Positions 1-8,186 of a DNA stretch of 32,000 bases are shown one piece after another. The translations under genes and the position numbers were made by a program. The notes under the pieces are model-generated. The model was not told the origin of the DNA, ran no database searches, and saw nothing but the letters and a program-made list of their open reading frames with translations. Source of the stretch: Planctopirus limnophila DSM 3776 (GTDB taxonomy: Bacteria; Planctomycetota; Planctomycetia; Planctomycetales; Planctomycetaceae); NCBI RefSeq assembly GCF_000092105.1, contig NC_014148.1, positions 5,040,001 to 5,072,000 on the forward strand. Reading direction: 5' to 3'. Each line of letters opens with the position of its first letter. Positions within the stretch are counted from its first letter, which is position 1.

Positions 1-492
1 GGGACAGTCAGCACGACCAGTTGTTCGCTGATCGGCGCATCGGGAAACGCCTGCTTCCAGGCACTCACCAGATGCTCAAGGTATCTCCGGGAAGCGGTGA
101 CCGGCGAAATCTTCGTGACATTCCCCGTCGTGCTCTCTTCGCTTCCGACCGGCAGCAGGGCTTGATGACGATCCACCTTGCTATGTCCCAGCCAGCTTTT
201 GGCGGCCATGACCGTTCGCTCGGGGTAATCGGCCGACTGCCGGCGAGCCAGTTCGCCCACACTGAAATCGCGATCTTTACTCCAGGGAACATCGAGCGAA
301 CCAGGAGCATCATGTGGCCCCGCACAGTACAGAAACGACGGCAGTGAAGTGCGTGCTTCCGTTGTCTGAGGCGCGACGAGTTGTGGAATCGGCAGCAGCC
401 CGACATCTGGCTTTTCATCACTCAGACGAACGTAGGAAACCACACTGTTGGTTGTTCCCAGATCAATGCCGACGGCAAATTGATGTGCCATT
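1..492 (-). CDS. Hsp70-family ATPase, N-terminal 164 codons (gene continues past the left edge)
   Basis: The minus-strand frame opens at ATG (cat at 490-492) and stays open to position 1. It is absent from the ORF track because it has no in-window stop. My translation is MAHQFAVGIDLGTTNSVVSYVRLSDEKPDVGLLPIPQLV..., and GIDLGTTNS is the Hsp70/actin-fold phosphate-1 motif. Confidence 0.85.
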
Positions 493-579
493 GAAATCCG
501 TTTCCTCGAATAAAAATCTCATGGATCGTCGAGCCGAAGTCCCGTCTCGCGATCTGTTAGTCGCTCATGCCGGTTAGCG

Positions 580-1071
580 TCAGATGCGGATGGGTTTGCC
601 CAGTTCACGACGCAGCGGCACAAATTGACCCGCATGCATCAGAGGATGATTGGCGATGAGCACCACAATCGATCCGACAGTGGAAAACATGGGAGGAAAT
701 CCGGATGGCCCCGGTTGATCGAGATCTGCTTCTGTCATCGACAGAAAGAGTTTTCTGGCAGCCTCATTCACACGATCAAACAACACGAAGTAATCTGCCT
801 TGGCGAGATAAGCCGGTGTGACGCCGCTTTCAAGAGCTGCTTTGGAATAGGCCTTCGAGAAGCCCTCAGGGAGTTCCATACCACTCCCGGGTTTAAGGCC
901 TTCCAGCATGTGATTGGCTGAACTGATCAGATGCCCGAGTTGCCACGCAGCGCAATGGCAACCCGGCCCTGCGGGTAATAGAAACTCTTCTTCGCTCAAA
1001 TCATCCAGGTACGTTTTCAGTACCATGGAACTCATATTCAGGCTCTCGACCGCGATCTGCATCGCCTGCAT
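580..1071 (-). CDS. DinB-superfamily (DinB_2-like) four-helix-bundle protein
   Basis: 163 aa. His-containing helices AWQLGHLISSANHM and IANHPLMHAGQ are typical of the DinB/YfiT metal-binding triad. ATG at 1071 follows a GGGGAGAG SD-like element. Confidence 0.6.
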   Translation of the reverse strand: MQAMQIAVESLNMSSMVLKTYLDDLSEEEFLLPAGPGCHCAAWQLGHLISSANHMLEGLKPGSGMELPEGFSKAYSKAALESGVTPAYLAKADYFVLFDRVNEAARKLFLSMTEADLDQPGPSGFPPMFSTVGSIVVLIANHPLMHAGQFVPLRRELGKPIRI

Positions 1072-1215
1072 GATTTCTCTCCCCGAATTCTGATCTCAGG
1101 GAGATGGCTCGCTAAAGCCGATAGTTTCTCCCTCACGGAGAGTTTAGCGTTCCAACCTGCGGGAGGCACCCAACCAGCCATGGTCGATATTCGACACACT
1201 CCGGAAGTTCAATCA

Positions 1216-2514
1216 TCAAGCCCAGTGTCGCTCTGGCCGTGAGCAGAGCAGATTGGCTTCGGGATCATTCACGAAGCTCTCGCTCACGGGGTCAAAAGTC
1301 AGCTTACGCCCCAGAATCCAGGCAATCGCTGCCGCATGGCTGGCAATGTGAGACCGCCGCATGACATCCGGATTCGAGGCTGTCTTGCCGCGAGTGCGAA
1401 TGCAGTCGAAGAAGTCTCGGGCATGCACCGAAACATCCAGCCCCTTCACCCGCTTTTCCGCAGGTGGTTGATCTTTGGCCAGCGCTTCTGGCTGAACAAC
1501 CAACTCTCCACTATCGCCCGTTTCGACCCAGCCTTCATCGCCGATAAAGCGCACCGGGCAGGTCCCTAAACGGGTAATATATTGTGGCGAGCGTTCTCCA
1601 AAAGGAGTTTCGAGGAAATCAACAATCAGCTTCACACCATTGGCATAAGTACAGACGATGGTTTTCTCCTGCGGCTCATAACTGATCGGCATGGTGTTAT
1701 CCGCCTGATTGGCCCACTGACACAGATCAATCGTGTGAGCACCCCAGTCGAGCAGTCGGGCTCCGGAATCAAAGTCCCATTGGCCACGCCAGCCACCATC
1801 GACATACTTCTGATTGAATGGTCGCCACGCCGCTGGCCCCAGCCATAAGTTCCAATCCACTTCCTGCTTGGAAGGTGTCTTCTGAGCTGGCAACCACGTG
1901 TTATCCAGCACAGGAATATAGACCGAGGCATGCATGGTGTGCAGCTTGCCGAGCTTCCCCGTATGAGCCAGTTCGACCGCTTTCTGGAAGTTGGGAACAC
2001 TGCGCCGCTGTGTCCCTGCCTGAAAGACACGCTGCTGGCTGTGCATGGTGTCGGCCAATTGCTGACAGGCTTCGATGGTGATGCCGCAAGGCTTCTCGCT
2101 GTAGACATCTTTTCCTGCTTTGGCAGCGAGGATCGAAGCAGCGGCATGCCAGCGATCCCCCGTCGCGACAATCACCGCGTCAATATCTTTGCGATCGATG
2201 AGTTCGCGGAAGTCGTTGTAGAGACGACAGTCGCTGTTCTTGTAATGTTCATCGACCAGCTTTTTGCCGGCATCCCGTCTTCTCGCCTGCACATCGGCAA
2301 TAGCCACGCACTGGACATCAGGGAACTGCAGCATCGCCTTCAGATCATAAGTACAACGTGGGCCAATCCCGATCACACCCAGCGTGATCTTCTCACTGGG
2401 AGCCGTCGTCTGTTCACGCCCCAGCACATGGGCCGGCAGAATTGTCGCTGCTGCAATCGCCGCAGTACTGGATTGCAGGAACGATCGACGAGAAGGCTGG
2501 CTTCGCTCGGACAT
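1216..2514 (-). CDS. Gfo/Idh/MocA-family NAD(P)-dependent oxidoreductase with twin-arginine signal
   Basis: Tat motif SRRSFLQSSTAAIAAA, Rossmann segment GVIGIGPR, and a conserved EKP motif (VYSEKP). ATG at 2514 has GGGAG upstream. The track's longer frame starts at ATG 2544 with no SD. Confidence 0.85.
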   Translation of the reverse strand: MSERSQPSRRSFLQSSTAAIAAATILPAHVLGREQTTAPSEKITLGVIGIGPRCTYDLKAMLQFPDVQCVAIADVQARRRDAGKKLVDEHYKNSDCRLYNDFRELIDRKDIDAVIVATGDRWHAAASILAAKAGKDVYSEKPCGITIEACQQLADTMHSQQRVFQAGTQRRSVPNFQKAVELAHTGKLGKLHTMHASVYIPVLDNTWLPAQKTPSKQEVDWNLWLGPAAWRPFNQKYVDGGWRGQWDFDSGARLLDWGAHTIDLCQWANQADNTMPISYEPQEKTIVCTYANGVKLIVDFLETPFGERSPQYITRLGTCPVRFIGDEGWVETGDSGELVVQPEALAKDQPPAEKRVKGLDVSVHARDFFDCIRTRGKTASNPDVMRRSHIASHAAAIAWILGRKLTFDPVSESFVNDPEANLLCSRPERHWA

Positions 2515-2671
2515 GACTCTCAATCTCCCAGGGTGCGGATTCATGACTTTGCAGTATATGCAAATCTGTTGATGAGATGACAGCCTGTTCTTTTCATGAC
2601 GGGATTCGTCACCACGAGGGCATCTGTGGGCGAGTCACCATCTGTGAACAGGGATCACGTCAACGGATCCG

Positions 2672-3862
2672 CTACTTCACCATCGCACCCTGGACGTAGT
2701 CTCGTGACTTCCAGACCGAAGGGAGCCCGCGCAGTTTTCGCACCATGGCCGACCATTGAATAGCCAGGAAGATCAGCACGGAGAGCGGATGCAGTACCCA
2801 ACCCAGAAGACTTTGACGATAGCTCACCAGTGCCAGTGTGCGCGGAAGCCAGGCACAGAAGAGACTCGCTGCCGCGACCACGAGCGTCCAGGTGCAGTCA
2901 CATTGCATGGCGAGAATCACCCACAGCGAAGGCAGAATCTGTCCCATACTCAAGATGATCGTCGTCGGCACAATCAAAGCCGGAGACCCCAGACCCGCCG
3001 TGGCGTTCTTTTCCAATCCCTTCCAGGTCTCGTATTCCGAGTGGTACATGCGGCACACCGCTGTCGATGTCGCATCGAAGAGATCGGTTCTCAAGCCATG
3101 ACGACGGTACAGCCGGGGTAATTCGAGTCCATCATGCAAGGACTGTTTCACCTGCTCATGACCAGATGTTTTCTCGTAACCCGATCTGGTCGAAAGGATC
3201 AACTGGCCACAGGCGGCTCCCACAGACGGGTCAGTCGTCTTCCGCATGCGACCCATCGGCAGAAAGCCCAGCAGCACAAAATGGATGAGGGGAATCAGCA
3301 GCCGATCGAGAAACCCCGAAAACTCCTGCCGCGGTACACCACTCACCAGATCAACCTGCGTCTGCTGCAGAAAGCTCACTGACCGAGCAGCACCTGTGGG
3401 TTCGAGCGAGACATCCGCATCGATGAACAGAAACAGGTCATAGCGGGCACGTTGAGAAAGTGCCCAGCAGGCGTGCTGTTTGCCACACCAGCCTGAAGGT
3501 AAAGGGGGTGCCGACTCCAGCCGGACCCGGGGATCCTGCTGGCTGAATTCCCGCACAATTTCAGCGGTCCGATCGGTCGAGGCATCATCCAGGACAATGA
3601 CTTCGAATTCGATACCCCTGGTCTGCAGAGCACTTTCCAGCACCCGGCCAATCGATCGCTCTTCGTTCCGTGCCGGAATGAGGATCGAAACTGGTGGTAA
3701 CGGCTCCATCGAAAGTGACGGCGTGCGATATCTCATCCAGTTAATGACAAACATTAACGCCGGCCCACCAGCCAGAAACAGACTCGCCAATGACAGCAAA
3801 AACAGCAGCAAAAGAATTTCCTTGAAAGGCGAGTGTAAGGTTGAACCGTGAACAACGTGCAC
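2672..3862 (-). CDS. Family-2 glycosyltransferase, membrane-bound (CrtQ/HpnI-like architecture)
   Basis: N-terminal TM helix, then ILIPARNEERSI...VIVLDDASTDRTAEIV...GWCGKQHAC...FIDADV (GT-A fold, DxD), then C-terminal TM helices. The only start upstream of the TM helix is GTG at 3862, 8 nt after the Fic stop. Confidence 0.8.
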   Translation of the reverse strand: MHVVHGSTLHSPFKEILLLLFLLSLASLFLAGGPALMFVINWMRYRTPSLSMEPLPPVSILIPARNEERSIGRVLESALQTRGIEFEVIVLDDASTDRTAEIVREFSQQDPRVRLESAPPLPSGWCGKQHACWALSQRARYDLFLFIDADVSLEPTGAARSVSFLQQTQVDLVSGVPRQEFSGFLDRLLIPLIHFVLLGFLPMGRMRKTTDPSVGAACGQLILSTRSGYEKTSGHEQVKQSLHDGLELPRLYRRHGLRTDLFDATSTAVCRMYHSEYETWKGLEKNATAGLGSPALIVPTTIILSMGQILPSLWVILAMQCDCTWTLVVAAASLFCAWLPRTLALVSYRQSLLGWVLHPLSVLIFLAIQWSAMVRKLRGLPSVWKSRDYVQGAMVK

Positions 3863-3870
3863 TCAAAGTG

Positions 3871-5373
3871 TTATAGATCCCGCTCCCAAATCGCCAAAGC
3901 CTCAGAAATACGAGCCTCGAGCCATGGATCGAATCTTTCCAGAACGTCCCCTGATCTCTCGGAATAGGAGAACTCGAATGGGCTATCTGATAATGGCACG
4001 ACTTCCCCCCATCGAATATTCTGTTCCGGAGAATTTTGATAATCGCCCACATTGCGCCGATAGGTCATTGGAACACAGCCTAGGTAACCTATTTGACTTC
4101 TACCTATACCATGAAATGCCACTAAGAACTCAAAGCGATCTACCCCTTGGATAGTAAGTCGGCACCATGATTGATAGATATTCCTATCTGCGAAGTAATT
4201 AAGCTTCTTCGCAGCTTCAATAATTTGACCTGCAAAAAAATACGACCTTTCAGATTCAAAGTCAGCGCAATCGAAATAAGCGCGGTACTCGGTAGAGCTT
4301 TGGAAAACTATATTAAGGTTATTAACCGTCTCTTTTAACTGCTGTGATGTTGTTCGCCAAAGCTCGATTGAAAGTGCTATTGCCTGTTGCCTGCTATTGT
4401 CGGCACTGGCAACTCTTTGCTGAAGCCGTGCTGCAATGGACAAGATCTGGCTCGAAACCGTTGCTTCTGTTTGAACCAGCTGATCCGCGTAACTTACTGC
4501 CGCTCGTAACTCCTTAAGTTGGTGAGCACCAATCAATTTGATAAGCGGCTGTAGATCGCCATTATCAGCCTTGCGAATCGCGTCGATGTATTGCGGCTTT
4601 TCCTTTCGATCGATCACCATCGGCAGCCAGCGGCCTTTGAGCAGAACCATCGTTGCCAGCGTCCTCGCCACACGTCCGTTACCATCTTCAAACGGATGGA
4701 TCAAAGTAAAGCGGTGATGCAGCCAGGCAGCTTCAATATCGGGAGGAACACCAGCGTCCAGGTGCTGTCTGTGCCACTCCACAAGTTGATCCAACTCCGA
4801 GGCGACTTGCTCAGGTGGGCAATATTCAAACCGGCCTCCTCCGGGAAGATCGACATGATTGGGCCACGTCTTCCAGTCACCCAGTTTCAATTGCCGGGGG
4901 CCACGATTTCCAAATTGATCAACCGCGAGGTATGTCTGCTGGTGAGCCATCAGTACCTGATGCAGTTCGCGAATAAAACTGACTCCCAGCGGACGCTGAT
5001 CCGACACAAACGAGTAGAGTCCTTGAATAGCTCTCTGATGATCCTCAATCTTCCGTAGTACCTCGATGGGCTCTTCATTGCCCACGTCTTCATGAGAAAT
5101 CAAAGCGGCATCGAGTCCATGCTGAATCAATGTCTCTGTCGCAGACCTTGAGACCGTGTAAGCATCTTCGATGATTCCTGTTTCAATCGACCAGCGGCGG
5201 TGCAACCTCTCGGTAAACTCCTTATAAGCGTCGCTCTGCCTCAGTTCTTCTGCCCGGTCAATCCATGCCTGCATCGCAGCTTGAACTGCCTTGTCAACCA
5301 GCGTTTCGCGCCAGTCTTCCGGCAGATCTTCGATGGGTGACCAATGGCGGGAAACGGGCTCCTGCGACGACAT
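3871..5373 (-). CDS. Fic-domain protein (AMPylase family) with a long uncharacterised C-terminal extension
   Basis: Canonical Fic motif HPFEDGNGRVAR is encoded at 4663-4698. ATG at 5373 is preceded by GAGGAG about 10 nt upstream. The track's longer frame starts at GTG 5406 and overlaps the upstream gene by 8 nt. Confidence 0.85.
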   Translation of the reverse strand: MSSQEPVSRHWSPIEDLPEDWRETLVDKAVQAAMQAWIDRAEELRQSDAYKEFTERLHRRWSIETGIIEDAYTVSRSATETLIQHGLDAALISHEDVGNEEPIEVLRKIEDHQRAIQGLYSFVSDQRPLGVSFIRELHQVLMAHQQTYLAVDQFGNRGPRQLKLGDWKTWPNHVDLPGGGRFEYCPPEQVASELDQLVEWHRQHLDAGVPPDIEAAWLHHRFTLIHPFEDGNGRVARTLATMVLLKGRWLPMVIDRKEKPQYIDAIRKADNGDLQPLIKLIGAHQLKELRAAVSYADQLVQTEATVSSQILSIAARLQQRVASADNSRQQAIALSIELWRTTSQQLKETVNNLNIVFQSSTEYRAYFDCADFESERSYFFAGQIIEAAKKLNYFADRNIYQSWCRLTIQGVDRFEFLVAFHGIGRSQIGYLGCVPMTYRRNVGDYQNSPEQNIRWGEVVPLSDSPFEFSYSERSGDVLERFDPWLEARISEALAIWERDL

Positions 5374-5398
5374 GAACAGATTCTCCTCGGGTTGTGCC

Positions 5399-5713
5399 CT
5401 AACCACCCACTTCCAGCCGGATGTGCTGAATGTTGTGCTTGACCAGCCATTCGAGCCAGCGCTCCTGGTCTTCGGTAATCTCCAGTTCCGTCCGGCTGCT
5501 GCTGTCGAGTGGCGAAACGATCGTCAGCACACCATCCTCCAGCGTGACCTTGGCATCGGCTGCATTGATCCAATACTCCCGGGGCGATAATTGTGCGGGG
5601 GCGTCGCCCGTCCCCGCAGGAGAGGCAAAGTAGGTCACGTCATGCCGGAAGCGATCCGGCATGACGCACGCGGCAATATCGGTCCGATCAACAGCAATCA
5701 CTCGAATGGCCAT
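5399..5713 (-). CDS. Hypothetical 104-aa protein ending in Gly-Gly, coupled to the gluconolactonase-like and Fic genes
   Basis: ATG at 5713-5711 shares one base with the upstream TAA (TAATG), with AAGGGAG about 10 nt upstream. Codon usage looks host-like. The frame ends ...HIRLEVGG-TAG at 5399. I recognise no family. Confidence 0.55.
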   Translation of the reverse strand: MAIRVIAVDRTDIAACVMPDRFRHDVTYFASPAGTGDAPAQLSPREYWINAADAKVTLEDGVLTIVSPLDSSSRTELEITEDQERWLEWLVKHNIQHIRLEVGG

Positions 5714-6768
5714 TACCAGCCTGCTCCCTTGGTCTTGGTTGGAATCCGGCACAAGTACATATCTGCCGTAATATACAGCGTCGAACCGTCATCGCCCCAG
5801 GCACAGTTCGCTGTGGCTTCTTTCGTATCAATTCTGCCCAGAAGTTTTCCTGCGGGAGAATAAACATGCACACCCCCAGGCCCTGTGGCCCAAAGCCGAC
5901 CTTGCACATCGACTTTCAGACCATCGGGTAAGCCTTTGTGCTTCCCTACCATACTGGTGACATCGACCAAAGTCGTCCCTTCCCCAAGCGTGCCGTCCTC
6001 CTTCACGGGAAATTTCTTGATGATGGCAGCCTTCGGATCGGACTGGGCGACATACAAGAACTTTTCATCAGGCGAGAACGCAATCCCATTTGGTCGAGTC
6101 ATTTCCTTGGTGAGCAACGTGAGCTGATGGCGACCATCGGCTTTCAACGCCAACCTGTAAACACCGCAGAAGTCAAGTTCTCGCAATGGGTCTTCAGCAC
6201 CTTTGGGGAGCCCGTAAGGTGGATCCGTGAAGTAGTAGTCGCCGTTGGATTTCATGCAGACATCATTGGGACTGTTGAGCCGCTTACCCTCGTAATTATC
6301 GACGAGAGTTCGCTTGCCGCCCTGATGCGTCAGAACCGAAAGGCGGCGGTCGCCATGTTCGGCAGAAACGAGCTGGCCTTTGCTGTCAAAGATCAAGCCA
6401 TTGCAGCCAGGTTCATTGCCATAACCGGTGGGACCGGTGAAGCCAGAAGGTTTGAGAAATAATGATGACCCTTTGCCCAGTTCCCACTTCATCACGCTAT
6501 TGCGGGGAATATCGGAAAAGAGCAGATACTTCCCTTCGCGATTCCAGACAGGCCCTTCGGCCCATTCGAAACCACTGGAGATCACTTCGATCTTCGCATC
6601 GGGCGCCAGCACTTCATCGAGTTCTGGTGAGACGCGAATCACTTCACCCAGAATCGGAAAGTTGGTGGTGTTCTGAGCCTGTGCCACAGAGACCACACCC
6701 ATCGCGAGAGTGGCTGCCATGGTGCAGGTGAAGAGAGACCAGCGGTGGAGCGTAAGCCGCAAGTTCAT
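5713..6768 (-). CDS. SMP-30/gluconolactonase/LRE-family beta-propeller protein, exported
   Basis: Signal peptide (AATLAMGVVSVAQAQ). Family-typical strings are EGPVWNREGKYLLFSDIP, NDVCMKSNGDYYFTDPPYG and PNGIAFSPDEKFLYVA. Confidence 0.85.
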   Translation of the reverse strand: MNLRLTLHRWSLFTCTMAATLAMGVVSVAQAQNTTNFPILGEVIRVSPELDEVLAPDAKIEVISSGFEWAEGPVWNREGKYLLFSDIPRNSVMKWELGKGSSLFLKPSGFTGPTGYGNEPGCNGLIFDSKGQLVSAEHGDRRLSVLTHQGGKRTLVDNYEGKRLNSPNDVCMKSNGDYYFTDPPYGLPKGAEDPLRELDFCGVYRLALKADGRHQLTLLTKEMTRPNGIAFSPDEKFLYVAQSDPKAAIIKKFPVKEDGTLGEGTTLVDVTSMVGKHKGLPDGLKVDVQGRLWATGPGGVHVYSPAGKLLGRIDTKEATANCAWGDDGSTLYITADMYLCRIPTKTKGAGW

Positions 6769-6805
6769 CAGAGATGCCTTTCAAAGGAGGTTGATTCATG
6801 TCGGG

Positions 6806-8029
6806 TCAATTTGAAAACTCATTCCAATAAATTACCACGTTATGCGTGGCGCGGCCGCCGGCTATCAGATCAGGTTGGCCATCGCCGTTGAGGTCGGCTG
6901 CCAAAGCGTCTTCCACAGCGCATCCACCATCGTCAATCACATGCTTTTTCCACGTTGATCCTGTTGGGCCATCGGAACTTTTGGCGTCAACACACTCAAA
7001 AACCATCAAGCCCGGCCCCTTGGTCAGAGCCGTCCCTTTCTCTCGAAATCCCACCACGACTTCATCGTAACCATCATGATTGAGATCAACCGTCCACAAT
7101 GCATGCCCCTGCTTCAGGCCCGTTTCCAGAACCACCCGCTTCCACTGGGTTCTTTCATCATTTTCCGAAACGTAGACCACGGCATCTGTCCCATGCATCG
7201 GTTCGATCGTTGCCAGATATTGTCTGCTGGAGAGAATCGAGCCCCCCTTGGCATTCCAACTCAACTGACCAGACTTGACTTCACCAGCCCCTTTTTGCTC
7301 CGGCGATGTCCCACTGGCACCTTCGACCAGCTTACGCTTTGCAAAAGCAGCAGGCCGTTTCAAGTCGATTAAGTGCACACCTTCCTGTGATGCGGTCAAC
7401 GTTTCCATATCGCGCCCCGGATTCCAGTCGATATGCGTATGCGCGTGCAATCGGTTGAGAGTCGAGTCGAGAGGAATAGCCTGCCAGCGATCAGTCACTG
7501 GGTTCTTTGGAATCTCAAAGGCCAGCAGCCTGGCTCCTTCCGCCACGGAGCGATTGAGCGGTGAGACCACCAGTTGCGGCTTTCCCTTCCCCTGCACATC
7601 CGCAAACGACATCCGGTGCGTGCTGAGTTCTTGACCAATCAAGTTCACCTTCCAGAGCGCCTTGGGATCGGCCTGCCTGCTGATCCACTGCAACGTGCCA
7701 ATCTTCGTCCAGCCGGCGCCCACTGCGAAGTCGATCTGACCATCACCATCGATATCGTGAGCCGCCAGACAAACGTTATCGCGTTCGGTCTGATCCTCGA
7801 GAATCACATGCTTTTGCCAGGTAGGATTTTCATACCACTGAATGCGGTTCTCACTCACCGCCACCACATCCGGCTTGCCATCGCCATTCACATCAGCCGT
7901 ACTGACGGCATAACAGACTTTGCCGATCTCAGGGTCAATCACCTGTCGCCGAAACTTCGGGAACTCGGCTGCAGTGGCGGATGTCCACAACGAGACACCA
8001 ATCAATAAAGTCAATATGTGGAAACGCAT
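6806..8029 (-). CDS. FG-GAP/VCBS-repeat protein, exported
   Basis: Signal peptide plus repeated Ca-binding-like loops: DVNGDGKPDVV, DIDGDGQIDF, DLNHDGYDEVV and DLNGDGQPDLI. Confidence 0.8.
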   Translation of the reverse strand: MRFHILTLLIGVSLWTSATAAEFPKFRRQVIDPEIGKVCYAVSTADVNGDGKPDVVAVSENRIQWYENPTWQKHVILEDQTERDNVCLAAHDIDGDGQIDFAVGAGWTKIGTLQWISRQADPKALWKVNLIGQELSTHRMSFADVQGKGKPQLVVSPLNRSVAEGARLLAFEIPKNPVTDRWQAIPLDSTLNRLHAHTHIDWNPGRDMETLTASQEGVHLIDLKRPAAFAKRKLVEGASGTSPEQKGAGEVKSGQLSWNAKGGSILSSRQYLATIEPMHGTDAVVYVSENDERTQWKRVVLETGLKQGHALWTVDLNHDGYDEVVVGFREKGTALTKGPGLMVFECVDAKSSDGPTGSTWKKHVIDDGGCAVEDALAADLNGDGQPDLIAGGRATHNVVIYWNEFSN

Positions 8030-8186
8030 GGAAGCAACCTCTGCTGTCGTTAGCTCATCAGCAGTCGAGTGAGCGACAACCCATCAACTGAAGAACATTT
8101 GTTGTAACGCAAAGGGAACCACAAATGACAGCCCCACCTTCTCTGTTTCAGAGGCCCGGGAGCCTGCCCTACGAATTCGCCCTCCG

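Noticed and set aside
1930-2580. 216-aa plus-strand ORF
   Set aside because: It lies entirely antisense to the well-supported Gfo/Idh/MocA gene. It has no recognisable motif and its Arg/Leu-rich composition is typical of shadow ORFs in GC-rich coding DNA.
5399-5752. Reading the small ORF upstream of Fic as a classical class I Fic antitoxin (VbhA/FicA type), and using its 117-aa GTG-started form
   Set aside because: No (S/T)xxxE(G/N) inhibitory motif is present, and the Fic protein is a long multi-domain form rather than a toxin of about 200 aa. The GTG at 5752 would overlap the lactonase-like gene by 40 nt, whereas ATG 5713 gives the classic TAATG junction.
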